DNA from: Clostridia bacterium
GTDB taxonomy: Bacteria; Bacillota; Clostridia; TANB77; CAG-508
Direction: 5' to 3'
Length of the DNA: 64,000 nucleotides
NCBI GenBank assembly: GCA_022791325.1
Contig: JAAVYV010000011.1
Span: 18,636-82,635, forward strand
Made by a program: the position numbers and the translations under genes. Below are positions 12,286-21,519 of this stretch, piece after piece. Under the pieces are notes generated by a model. That model made no database searches. It was not told the DNA's origin and was given only the letters and a program-made list of their open reading frames with translations. Positions within the stretch are counted from its first letter, which is position 1, and each line of letters starts with the position of its first letter.

Positions 12286-12668
12286 CTAACTACCAAGTAA
12301 ATTTCCAGTATTATTAGTAGCGATATTTATTATAATACCAGCAATAATAATTGATGAACCGAAGTACTATACCACCACCACAAATCCATGCAAGTGAGCC
12401 TATTGATTCAGCTCTCTTTTGTGGGTTATTAGCATTTGCTATCATTTTTAATGCTGCCACTACTATACTTGCAAAAATAAGGATTCCGACCTAATGGCAT
12501 TGCTATACTTGTAATGACTCTTTGTATGTTATCTGTTGCAGCCTTTACTTCAACAGTACCAATTCCAGTAGCAAAAGCGTTATTACTTTTTATAGCAATG
12601 AGAGTGAAAATAGTTCCTATTGTAGATAATTTTGTAACTATTTGTTTTTTAACTTTTTGTAAATTCAT
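12286..12668 (-). CDS. Small two-helix membrane protein, VirB2/TrbC pilin-like by position. Joined across two CGG codons.
   Basis: Signal-like N-terminus ending AFATG, then two hydrophobic helices once CGG 12486-88 and 12359-61 are read as skip-C (..MPLGGILIFASIVVAALKMI...GGGIVLGSSIIIAGIIIN..). Confidence 0.5.
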
Positions 12669-12727
12669 AATATATCACTCCTTTTATGATTTTTTTGAAG
12701 GGCAATCATAAAGGAAACCATAATAAA

Positions 12728-12976
12728 TTAAATAATATTCTTAAAATGCACCAAGAAATAGGGAAGAATAAGGAATAAGATATTTCCTAAAAATAAACCT
12801 GGTACTATCATTAAGAATTTTGATTTTATCTTTTGTGATTTTATTACACATCCTATTGCAAGCATTATAAGAGAAAATATTAATAATGATACAAGTATTA
12901 TTAATATAACTTTAAACCCTACAAAAAAGATAGCAGATATAATGTTTTCAAAATTATTTATATAATCATTAATCAT
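12728..12976 (-). CDS. Small integral membrane protein (82 aa)
   Basis: Three hydrophobic segments. Lies within the T4SS operon. Confidence 0.5.
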   Translation of the reverse strand: MINDYINNFENIISAIFFVGFKVILIILVSLLIFSLIMLAIGCVIKSQKIKSKFLMIVPGLFLGNILFLILPYFLVHFKNII

Positions 12977-12987
12977 AAAAACTCCTT

Positions 12988-13683
12988 TTAGCTAATACTA
13001 TTTATAATTGATTTTTTGTAATAACTTAGTAAATCATTAGGTTTATGTTCTTCAGCTAGCTTATATAAATTTAATAAAGACTCTCTACTTGTTTTAGCAA
13101 GCAAAGAGCCAAAGTTATTATTATATAAGTCATATAATACAAAAATAATATTTTTTAACATATTTATTTTATCTTTTTGCATATAATTTAGCATTTCTTT
13201 TGTATAGTTAAATTCTAATTTTTCTATTATCTCCAAAAATTCGTTAGAAATTTTTTCACTATTATTATTTATAATTAAATAAAATAAATCATCTATATTA
13301 TATTTTATATTATTATGCTGTACATTTTTGTATAGGGGGTATGTACTTTTATATACATAGGGGTATGTATTTTTTTGTACATAGGGTATATCTTTTATAT
13401 AGATTCTTCTTTCTTGAAGTGCATTATTTTTTGTATTCTTAACATATTCTATATAAATATATCCTAACTTTTCTAAATGTGAAAACCATTGTGAGACAGT
13501 ATGTATTGTTACATTATACAAGTTTGCAAAATATCTATTACTAGCAAAACAATAACCCATTCTATTTGCTAAAGAAGTAACTTCACCATATAAGAGTTTT
13601 TCAGATGCTTTTAATTCATTATTATATCTAATTGTTGCAGGAATTACAGCATAATAACTAATTTGATTTTCTTCATTCATCAT
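12988..13683 (-). CDS. Helix-turn-helix protein of the phage/ICE replication-organiser type (231 aa)
   Basis: N-terminus YYAVIPATIRYNNELKASEKLLYGEVTSLANRMGYCFASNRYFANLYNVTIHTVSQWFSHLEKLGYI resembles HTH domains of replication initiator/organiser proteins of mobile elements. First gene of the minus-strand operon. Confidence 0.5.
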   Translation of the reverse strand: MMNEENQISYYAVIPATIRYNNELKASEKLLYGEVTSLANRMGYCFASNRYFANLYNVTIHTVSQWFSHLEKLGYIYIEYVKNTKNNALQERRIYIKDIPYVQKNTYPYVYKSTYPLYKNVQHNNIKYNIDDLFYLIINNNSEKISNEFLEIIEKLEFNYTKEMLNYMQKDKINMLKNIIFVLYDLYNNNFGSLLAKTSRESLLNLYKLAEEHKPNDLLSYYKKSIINSIS

Positions 13684-14175
13684 ATTTCTCCATTTCTTCT
13701 ATATTTACAGAATTGTTTGAATCTTTACCTACCAAGAAACAAGCATATAAAATGAGGCTAATAATAGCCCAAATGATTATAATAAATTTAAACATAAAAT
13801 TCACCTTTCTTTTAATTTATAAAATAAGAAATATAAAAAAGAGCAATAATCGATTTAAAATAGAAAATATTATGTTGTCTTTAAGAAAAACTAACATGTA
13901 AAAATGTTTTGAAGTATTTACAAATAGTGAGTTTTAAGTCTATTTAATTTATCTAAAAAATTATTAGGTTTTTACAAAAAAACCACCTAAAATCTGTAAA
14001 TTTTGCTCGATTTTTATAAAAATATCTAAAAAATATCTAAAAAAATTCTTTTAAAGTAAATATTTTAATATCATCATATTAAAACTTTTTGAAGTATTAT
14101 ATTGCTTGACAGCTTGATTTCTCTAAGTTATAATTAATCTATATTAATAGTAATTAACATGAAATAGAGTATAGG

Positions 14176-14228
14176 TGTTCAGCCTCCTAAGCTGTGGGTC
14201 GCCCGTTCGATTCGGGCATGGAACACCA
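14176..14228 (+). other. 3' portion of a tRNA-Arg(CCU) gene (anticodon arm, variable loop, T arm, acceptor 3' strand, CCA). Putative att site duplicate of the integrated element.
   Basis: CAGC-CTCCTAA-GCTG anticodon arm (anticodon CCT), GCCCG-TTCGATT-CGGGC T arm, ATGGAAC-A-CCA. No matching 5' acceptor strand (GTTCCAT) or D arm upstream. Confidence 0.7.
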
Positions 14229-14263
14229 TTATAAACAATAACTTTTTTATTAATAAAAATAAT

Positions 14264-14303
14264 ACAATTGCGGGAGTTTCAATTTTGAAACTCTCGCAAT
14301 TGT
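14264..14303 (+). terminator. Hairpin following the tRNA fragment
   Basis: ACAATTGCGGGAGTTTCA / TGAAACTCTCGCAATTGT inverted repeat followed by a T-rich stretch. Confidence 0.5.
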
Positions 14304-14399
14304 TATTTAAGAACAATATAATAAACTATAACATTATATTCATCTTTGGCTATAGTTCGATTAGTTATAAGCTGTACATCATGTTTATTGGTAGGAAGA

Positions 14400-14699
14400 T
14401 CAATTTTTATTACGCATTTTTTTAACTATTTTTATTATAATTAGAACTACACCATATATAATCCAAATTAATATATCAATAAAAATACTGTAAAATATAA
14501 TTGCTGTTCCCAGTAATAATGAAACTATAGTTCCCCCTATTTGAGCTAATTTGGAAAAATCTGAACCATCAACATAAAAATTTTCAATTGGTAAAAAACT
14601 TAATAAGTCATTAGCAATGGTTATTCCAGCTATTATTCCAAATCCAATTATAAGTATAGAAATTATAATTAGTATTTTTTTTATATTCCATTTTTTCAA
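14400..14699 (-). CDS. Small integral membrane protein (99 aa)
   Basis: Three hydrophobic helices and a basic C-terminus. Confidence 0.5.
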   Translation of the reverse strand: MKKWNIKKILIIISILIIGFGIIAGITIANDLLSFLPIENFYVDGSDFSKLAQIGGTIVSLLLGTAIIFYSIFIDILIWIIYGVVLIIIKIVKKMRNKN

Positions 14700-15135
14700 A
14701 TAAATACCTCCCTACTAATATTGATAAAACAAATTATAACATTATTTATTGTAAAAGTATATAAAAGATAAGAGATTTAAAAATAAGTAATGTTATATTT
14801 AATGATATATATAACAGAAGATATTAGTATGGAATATAAGAAAAAATATGAAATTTGCTAGCAAATATTACGGTTGATTGAAAAATAGGCAAATTATATA
14901 ACGAATAGCAAAAAAATGTAATATAAAAATAATATAAGAAAACAAAAATCTAAAAGTGTTAAATGCGTAAGTAGGTAACTAAAACTCTAAAGATTACTTA
15001 ATTTATATGAGTAAAATATTCTAGGGAAATCGTAGACATAAAAAGAAAAAAGATTTTAATAAAGTATAGAGAAACAAAAGCACTAAGTATATAATTTGTT
15101 TAGCGAAAACAATAAAAATACGAGGTGCTTTTGTT

Positions 15136-15785
15136 ATGGAAATAATATCAAAAAATAATGAAAAATTCAACGATTTTGAAGAAAAAACTTATAAAGAATT
15201 AATGAAAGAAGGAATAAAAAGAACACAAGAATGGTTTAGAAAAGTAGATGAAATACTATTAAAGAATAGAGATAAACAGCTTTTAAAACCTAAAGATTTA
15301 AAGAAAACAACTATAAAATGTAGATTTGGATATGTAGAATATTATAGAAGAAGATACGAAATAACGATAAATGGAAAGAAGAAATATGTATATTTACTAG
15401 ATGAATATTTAGAGATAGCTAGTATAGGACAATATTCACAAAGTATAGTAAATATGGTACTGAGGGAAGTTGTAGAAAAATCATATAGACAAACTTCAAA
15501 AACAATAAGTGAAGATACAGCTATAACAATAGGACATACAACAGCAAGAAACATAGTAATAAAGGTAGCAGAAAAAATAAAAAAAGTAGAACAAGAAAAA
15601 GCTAGACTATATGAAAGAGGAGAATTAGAAGGCTCAAGAGAGAAAGAAATAGTTATTCAATAGGGAATACAAGTGGTAGGCAAGACGTAGGAGGAGTTAT
15701 AGGATATATAGAAACACAAGGACTTCCAAAACTAAAAAATTATGACCCAAATAATATACAAAGTATAATATCATTAGAAGAATAA
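15136..15785 (+). pseudogene. Remnant of an ISLre2/UPF0236-family transposase (N-terminal 175 aa plus a possible short C-terminal tail)
   Basis: ..RFGYVEYYRRRYEI..GKKKYVYLLDEYLEI...GQYSQ matches the UPF0236 N-terminal region. Full-length members are far longer, and the ORF stops at 15663 with only about 120 nt of further coding-like sequence. Confidence 0.65.
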
Positions 15786-16047
15786 TAAATAAATCTAAGG
15801 AGTTCTAAAATTTATGAATACTCTTTAGATTTATTATTTGTCAAAAATAATTTAAAGTATTAATATAAAGTTGCATAATAAATTATACAATGTTATAATT
15901 TATATAAAATTATGGAGAAAATATAAGAAAAAGCAAATTGATAATAAACTAGAAAATGATAGTATATAAATAAGAATATAATGTACTAAGAAATCCAATA
16001 TAGTAAAGATAATGTTAAAAAAGTATAAAATTAAATAGGAGTTATTA

Positions 16048-16506
16048 ATGGAAGAAAAGTTTATGAAAGAAGCTATAAAGGAAGCAAGAAAAGCATATAA
16101 TAAATTAGAAGTGCCAGTTGGAGCAGTAATTGTAAAAGATGGACAAATTATAGCAAGAGCACACAATTTAAAGGAATGTAAAAAAGATACTACAAAACAT
16201 GCAGAGATATTAGCAATACAAAAAGCTAGTAAAAAATTAGAGGCATGGAGATTATTAGGTTGCGAAATGTATGTAACATTAGAACCGTGTACAATGTGTG
16301 CAGGAGCAATAATACAAGCAAGAGTTGGAAAGCTTTATATAGGAGCAATGGATTATAAAACAGGAGCGTGTGGAAGTGTATTAAATGTTTTAGAAGATTA
16401 TCAATTTAATCATAAAGTAGAATATGAAACGGGAATTTTAAAAGAAGAATGTGAAAATGTTTTGCAAGAATTTTTCAAAGAATTAAGAAACAAAAAGAAA
16501 AAATAA
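16048..16506 (+). CDS. tadA: tRNA-specific adenosine deaminase TadA
   Basis: HAEILAI ... PCTMCAGAI zinc motifs, 152 aa, and the conserved position upstream of SRP RNA/dnaX. Confidence 0.9.
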   Translation: MEEKFMKEAIKEARKAYNKLEVPVGAVIVKDGQIIARAHNLKECKKDTTKHAEILAIQKASKKLEAWRLLGCEMYVTLEPCTMCAGAIIQARVGKLYIGAMDYKTGACGSVLNVLEDYQFNHKVEYETGILKEECENVLQEFFKELRNKKKK

Positions 16507-16656
16507 AATATTATACAAGGGGCAGTCTTTGGTGCCCCACATTTCAAAGTAGAGGCTTAAGTAAACAGTAAAAATAATGTAAAGGTGAGTATATAAATTG
16601 TTAATTCTTCGGGAAAAAGCAAATAGAAAGTCAATGACACATGAGGTGTATTATAT

Positions 16657-16747
16657 GGAGTGATATCGAAGCGGTCATAACGAAGCTGTCTCGAAAACAG
16701 TTAGCCATAAAAGTGGCACGTGGGTTCGAATCCCACTCACTCCGCCA
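16657..16747 (+). tRNA. tRNA-Ser (anticodon CGA)
   Basis: Acceptor GGAGTGA/TCACTCC, anticodon arm GCTGT-CTCGAAA-ACAGT, long variable arm, T arm GTGGG-TTCGAAT-CCCAC, encoded CCA. Confidence 0.9.
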
Positions 16748-16921
16748 AAACTTTCAAGAAAAAGCTTAATAAAAAAGGTTAATAATAAAAAGTACAAATA
16801 ATATAAAAAAATACAAAGCCATAGGCAAAGTTTTCTAATATTAATTTATTGAAAAAATATAATAAAAGTATATTGTAATAAATGACTAAAAAGAACAATA
16901 AAAAGCAAAGGGGAAATTAAA

Positions 16922-17662
16922 ATGCAAACTAAAATAAAAGAAAAAGTAAAAACAGCAATTGCCTTTATAATATTAGTAATACTAATATTTATAGCAATAG
17001 TGATTACATATAAATATAACGTAGAAGGTGAAACAAACATGCCATTTAAACTTTCAAAAATAGTAATAGGAAGTATGGTAGTAAGTTCAGATAACCCAAT
17101 AGCAAATGATGTATTAGAAAATGAAATAGTGCAAAATAATGGAATATACTTTGAAATAAAAAAGAACGAAAAATACGAAAAAGAAGCAACGATAAAAAGC
17201 ATAGAAATAAATAATATACAAATAATAAGAAAGCCACAAAAAGGTGATATAAAAGTATATATGCCAAATACAACAGAAAATAAAAAATTTACATATTCGG
17301 ATAATTACATATTAGAAGGTAATTCATTAACATATAAAGGAGCAAGCAGAAGTGATACAACAAACTTAGAAATAAACAATCAAGGAGGCATTATAGGAAT
17401 AGCATTTGGAAATAATAAACTTGGAACATATAATATAATGAATGAAGAAACGATAATAGATGGAACTATGCTAAAAAATATGAATATAACAGATGAAGAT
17501 ATAAAGTTCACAGTGAATTTTGACTTTATTATCAATACAAATGGAAAAAAATATAAAACAAATATAAAATTAGATTTACCACCAGAAGAAATAACTAAAA
17601 CTGGTAAATCAAGTTTAGAAGTAACAAATACTAGTAAATATATTTTTAAAAGAGAAAAATAA
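16922..17662 (+). CDS. Membrane-anchored hypothetical protein (246 aa)
   Basis: N-terminal TM helix and a long ORF inserted between tRNA-Ser and the SRP RNA. Confidence 0.6.
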   Translation: MQTKIKEKVKTAIAFIILVILIFIAIVITYKYNVEGETNMPFKLSKIVIGSMVVSSDNPIANDVLENEIVQNNGIYFEIKKNEKYEKEATIKSIEINNIQIIRKPQKGDIKVYMPNTTENKKFTYSDNYILEGNSLTYKGASRSDTTNLEINNQGGIIGIAFGNNKLGTYNIMNEETIIDGTMLKNMNITDEDIKFTVNFDFIINTNGKKYKTNIKLDLPPEEITKTGKSSLEVTNTSKYIFKREK

Positions 17663-17742
17663 AAAAATAGAAGATGTTCCTATATGTCAACTGGCATAAA
17701 AGGGAGCATTTTTACTGTGTGTAATTATTTTTTTAAAAGTAC

Positions 17743-17771
17743 TTGCTAAAATGAAAAAAAGAATATATAAT
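17743..17771 (+). promoter_or_regulatory. Sigma-A-type promoter for the SRP RNA
   Basis: TTGCTA (17743-48), 17-nt spacer, TATAAT (17766-71), about 7 nt before the first base-paired residue of the RNA. Confidence 0.55.
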
Positions 17772-17777
17772 AAATGA

Positions 17778-17927
17778 GGTATGAGAAAAAATAAAGTTTC
17801 TGTATGGAGGATATTTTTGTGCAAACCTATGAAACTTGTCAGGTCCGGGAGGAAGCAGCAATAAGTAGAATTTTTGCATGTTAAATATCTTCCATAGAGG
17901 AACTTTGTAAAATTTAGTTCTTATACC
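17778..17927 (+). ncRNA. ffs: Signal recognition particle RNA (about 150 nt, single extended hairpin)
   Basis: Conserved domain IV sequence GTCAGGTCCGGGAGGAAGCAGC. The 5' GGTATGAGAA..AAGTTTCTGTATGGAGGATATT pairs with the 3' AATATCTTCCATAGAGGAACTT..TTCTTATACC, followed by a T run. Canonical position between tadA and dnaX. Confidence 0.85.
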
Positions 17928-17955
17928 ATTTTTTAAAATATAGGGGTGAGAAATA

Positions 17956-19605
17956 TTGAATTACACAGCACTATATAGAAAATTTAGACCAACTTCATTT
18001 TCAGAAATGGTTGGACAAGAGCATATAACAAGAACATTAAGAAACCAAATTATAGCAGGAAGAGTAGGACATGCATACCTTTTTAATGGTGGACGTGGAA
18101 CTGGTAAAACTACAACAGCAAAGGTTTTGGCAAGAGCAATAAACTGTTTGAATCCACAAAACGGGGAACCTTGTAACGAATGTGAGGTATGTAGAGAAGC
18201 AATGAATGGAAGCCTTACAGATATAGTAGAAATGGATGCAGCTTCAAATAATAGTGTAGAAGATATTAGGCAGATAAGAGAAGAAGTAAACTTCTTACCA
18301 ACAAAAGCAAAATATAGAATATATATAATAGATGAGGTGCATATGCTTTCAACAGGTGCATTTAATGCCCTTTTAAAAACATTAGAAGAACCACCAGAGC
18401 ATGTAAAGTTTATATTAGCAACAACAGAGCCACAAAAGCTCCCTGCAACAATACTTTCGAGGTGTCAAAGGTTTGATTTTAAACAAATATCAGATGAAGA
18501 TATTATAAAAAGATTAAAAATAGTATGTGAAGAAATGCAAATAGAAATAACTAACGAAGCCTTAAGGGTAATAGCTGTACTAGCAGAAGGTGGAATGAGA
18601 GATGCTTTATCAATATTAGAAAGATGTTTGCAAGATGGAGAAACAAAAATTGATGATGATAAAGTAAAAGATTTAGTAGGAATACCAAAATTAGCATATA
18701 TAAATAAAATAGTAAACTCAATATTAAAAGATGATGTAAATGAAGCATTACAAACAATAGATGAAGTAGTAAATGAAGGAAAAGATATACAAAATTTTTT
18801 ATGGGAAATTATAAAATATGTAAAAGATATATTAATATATAAATCGAGCAGAAAACTAAGTATATACTCAGAAAGCGAAATAGCAAATATTGAAAAATTA
18901 GCAAGTGAAGTAACAAAAGAAAAATTACTTCAAATTGTATATACATTATCAAATTTAGAAAATGATATGAAATATTCTTCACAAAGGTTAATATTATTTG
19001 AAGTAGGAATAATAAAACTATGTAGTGGGCAAATAGAAAAAGTAGGAAATGAGGCATCAGATGTTGACAGCAGAGAGATAGAAAAATTAAAAAGTAAAAT
19101 AACACAGTTAGAAATGCAAATCTCTAAAATAAATGCAGGAGGAGTAGTCCACAATATTTCACAAAATGTGGAAAACATATCAACTAAAAAACTAGAGAGT
19201 ATAAATACACAAAAAGCAGAAGGAATTTCTACCAAAGAGCAACAAAGGCCAGTAAAGAATATACAAATAGGCGAAAAATTACAAGAGTGGCCTAAAATAA
19301 TTAGAGAACTTAAAGATGCTGGAAAAATAATGTTATATACAAACTTAATGAATTCGGTAGCAAGCAAAATAAATGATTTAATAATAGGAATACAATTTTC
19401 AAAACCAGTTACACCATTTGGAAAAACAATATTAGAAAAAAGTGAAAGTATATCAGAACTAGAAAGACGTGTATCAATGGAATGTGGTAAGGCTATGAAA
19501 ATAAAGTACATATATGATGACACTGAAGTTATAAAGAATGAAGAGAAGAATCAAATAGAAAGTTTTGCGCAAGATAATGGAATACCATTTTCTGTAGTAG
19601 AATGA
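17956..19605 (+). CDS. dnaX: DNA polymerase III subunit gamma/tau
   Basis: YRKFRP..F.E.VGQEHI...L.N......HAYLF.G.RGTGKTT, zinc module CNECEVC, DEVHMLS. TTG start. Confidence 0.95.
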   Translation: MNYTALYRKFRPTSFSEMVGQEHITRTLRNQIIAGRVGHAYLFNGGRGTGKTTTAKVLARAINCLNPQNGEPCNECEVCREAMNGSLTDIVEMDAASNNSVEDIRQIREEVNFLPTKAKYRIYIIDEVHMLSTGAFNALLKTLEEPPEHVKFILATTEPQKLPATILSRCQRFDFKQISDEDIIKRLKIVCEEMQIEITNEALRVIAVLAEGGMRDALSILERCLQDGETKIDDDKVKDLVGIPKLAYINKIVNSILKDDVNEALQTIDEVVNEGKDIQNFLWEIIKYVKDILIYKSSRKLSIYSESEIANIEKLASEVTKEKLLQIVYTLSNLENDMKYSSQRLILFEVGIIKLCSGQIEKVGNEASDVDSREIEKLKSKITQLEMQISKINAGGVVHNISQNVENISTKKLESINTQKAEGISTKEQQRPVKNIQIGEKLQEWPKIIRELKDAGKIMLYTNLMNSVASKINDLIIGIQFSKPVTPFGKTILEKSESISELERRVSMECGKAMKIKYIYDDTEVIKNEEKNQIESFAQDNGIPFSVVE

Positions 19606-19624
19606 AGACGATGAAATAAAATAT

Positions 19625-19687
19625 TATTCACTATTCATTATTCATTAAATTAGTGAATAATGAATAGTGAATAGTGAATGATGAATA
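19625..19687. repeat. Heptamer repeat block: 3 x TATTCAY followed by 5 x RTGAATA, forming a hairpin
   Basis: TATTCAC TATTCAT TATTCAT (19625-45) is the inverse complement of GTGAATA ATGAATA GTGAATA GTGAATG ATGAATA (19653-87). Lies 3' of dnaX. Confidence 0.8.
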
Positions 19688-19708
19688 ATATATATAGTGG
19701 AGAAAGGA

Positions 19709-20062
19709 ATGAGTATAATGTCAAGAAGAGGTGGATTCCCAGGGGGAATGGGAGGATTTGGTGGAATGAACATCAATCAATTAATGAAAGAAGCAAAGAA
19801 AATGCAAGCAGATATGGAGAAGAGTCAAGAAGAATTAGTTTCGAAAGAATTTGATGCGACAGCAGGTGGAGGAGCAATACAAGTAAAAGTAACAGGAGCA
19901 AAAGAAATAAAAGAAATAAAAATAAAAAAAGATGTAGTTGATCCAGATGATGTGGAAATGTTAGAAGATTTAATACTAACATGTGTAAATGAAGCTTTAA
20001 GAAAGGTAGATTCAGCACAAGCACAAAGCTTAGGAAAATACAATATTCCTGGAATAATGTAA
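19709..20062 (+). CDS. ybaB: Nucleoid-associated protein YbaB/EbfC
   Basis: ...NINQLMKEAKKMQADMEKSQEEL...GGGAIQVKVTGAKEI..I.I....DPDDVEMLEDLI. Lies between dnaX and recR. Start is either 19709 or 19718. Confidence 0.9.
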   Translation: MSIMSRRGGFPGGMGGFGGMNINQLMKEAKKMQADMEKSQEELVSKEFDATAGGGAIQVKVTGAKEIKEIKIKKDVVDPDDVEMLEDLILTCVNEALRKVDSAQAQSLGKYNIPGIM

Positions 20063-20137
20063 TACCCCAAAAGGACCAGGTTATTTTGGGGTAACTAATA
20101 AAAATATACCCCAAAATAACCTGGTCCTTTTGGGGTA
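20063..20137. repeat. Perfect approximately 31-bp inverted repeat between ybaB and recR (likely terminator, compound hairpin)
   Basis: TACCCCAAAAGGACCAGGTTATTTTGGGGTA ... TACCCCAAAATAACCTGGTCCTTTTGGGGTA. Each arm is itself partly palindromic (CCCCAAAA..TTTTGGGG). Confidence 0.8.
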
Positions 20138-20151
20138 CAAGGAGCACAAAA

Positions 20152-20751
20152 ATGTCATACTATTCACCATCAATAGAAAAACTAATAGAAGCTTTTGAAA
20201 AGTTGCCAAGCATAGGGAGCAAAACTGCAGCGAGACTTGCATTTTATATGCTTGATAGATCAGAAGAAGAAGTAAATGAATTTGTTTCTTCAATAATAAA
20301 TGCTAAGAAGAATTTAAAATATTGTTCAAAATGCTATAATATATCAGACACAGACCCATGTACTATTTGTTCAAATCCTAAAAGGGATGAAAGCATAATA
20401 TGCGTAGTAGAGGATGTAAAAGATGTAGTGGCAATGGAAAGAACTCATGAATTTAAAGGAATGTATCATGTTTTACATGGTTCAATATCACCAATGAATG
20501 GAATAGGGCCAGACGAGATAAAAATAAAAGAATTACTTTCAAGGTTAATGGAAGGAAAAGTAAAAGAAGTAATACTTGCAACAAACCCTAGGGTTGAAGG
20601 AGAAGCAACAGCAATGTATATATCAAAATTAATAAAACCATTAGGAGTAAAAGCAACAAGAATAGCACATGGAATACCAGTAGGTGGAGATCTAGAATAT
20701 ACAGATGAAGTAACTTTAAGTAAAGCATTGGAAGGAAGAAGAGAATTATAA
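20152..20751 (+). CDS. recR: Recombination protein RecR
   Basis: [16 protein letters not shown]4 zinc finger CSKC..C.IC, Toprim region. Confidence 0.95.
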   Translation: MSYYSPSIEKLIEAFEKLPSIGSKTAARLAFYMLDRSEEEVNEFVSSIINAKKNLKYCSKCYNISDTDPCTICSNPKRDESIICVVEDVKDVVAMERTHEFKGMYHVLHGSISPMNGIGPDEIKIKELLSRLMEGKVKEVILATNPRVEGEATAMYISKLIKPLGVKATRIAHGIPVGGDLEYTDEVTLSKALEGRREL

Positions 20752-21236
20752 AAAGTGAGAAATTTTCCTAATATAATATAAATAAAAAAGAATTCTATAA
20801 TCAAAGTTTGGAAATTTTGCAGTAATTAAAAATTAGAATATTTTATCAGTATAGTGATAGAATATTCTAATTTTTATATTTATATAGGTAAGTAAGTTTA
20901 ACTATAGTAAATAAATCAAATTTTTTAAAATTAAGTTTTTGTAATATTTCATATATAAAATTCTCCAAAAATAAAAATAATATAAAGTAAGTATATCAAA
21001 TATAAGTTAAATAAAAAATAAAATTAAAGCAATTGATTAAAAAGCATATACATATTGATAATAGTCAATTCTTAATATGAAAACTGCAATTGTTAATGTT
21101 ATAAAACTAAATGAAAAAGAGGTAGAGTAAAATGTATTTATGTTAAAAAGTAAACAGTAAAAAATAAGGTAGATAATGACATTAATAAATACTAATGCTA
21201 AAATTAAATAAAAATTAATTTAGGAGAAAACAAAGG

Positions 21237-21413
21237 ATGAGAAGAAATAGAGGAATAACATTAATAACACTAGTTATCATAATAATATTAATAACAGTAT
21301 TAGCAGGAATATTATTAAATATAAGTTTAAAAGATAATGGACTATTTATTAGAGCAAAAGAAGCTAAAGAAGAAATAGAAAAGGCTAGTATAATAGAAAA
21401 AATTAAAATATAA
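21237..21413 (+). CDS. Possible 58-aa protein with a prepilin-like N-terminus
   Basis: MRRNRG-ITLITLVIIIILITVLAGILL resembles class III (type IV pilin-like) leader plus hydrophobic helix, but lacks Glu at +5. Preceded by AGGAGAAAACAAAGG. Not in the supplied track (under 60 aa). Confidence 0.3.
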   Translation: MRRNRGITLITLVIIIILITVLAGILLNISLKDNGLFIRAKEAKEEIEKASIIEKIKI

Positions 21414-21519
21414 ATAAATGGAGAAGAAGCAAAATTTTACAAAAAAATTGCTTCTTTCTCTTTTATCATTTAAAACTATGTGATATAATATTTTTACCAT
21501 GAAATTGGGAGGATGTTAA

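Larger units (their letters stand above)
1..14228 (-). mobile_element. End of an integrated conjugative element (Gram-positive type IV secretion module plus sortase/adhesin cargo). The right boundary is a tRNA-Arg 3' fragment; the left end lies outside the window.
   Basis: Co-directional minus-strand genes for VirB2-like, PrgI-like, VirB4, VirB6-like, M23 hydrolase, sortase, LPXTG-type adhesin and SpoVG, followed by a displaced tRNA 3' half at 14176-14228. No integrase, relaxase or coupling protein lies inside this part. Confidence 0.7.

Noticed and set aside
13713-13901. 62-aa ORF in the AT-rich leader of the conjugation operon
   Set aside because: Low-complexity sequence with no RBS. It lies in a probable promoter or regulatory region.
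14140-14228. A complete tRNA gene at the element border
   Set aside because: Only the anticodon arm, T arm and 3' acceptor strand are present. There is no GTTCCAT 5' acceptor strand or D arm upstream, so it cannot fold into a cloverleaf.
15136-15785. An active IS element
   Set aside because: Only about 175 N-terminal codons of a UPF0236/ISLre2-type transposase remain, and no inverted repeats were recognised.
16519-16538. Terminator hairpin GGGGCA..TGCCCC after tadA
   Set aside because: The stem is short and no U-tract follows, so it was not annotated as a feature.
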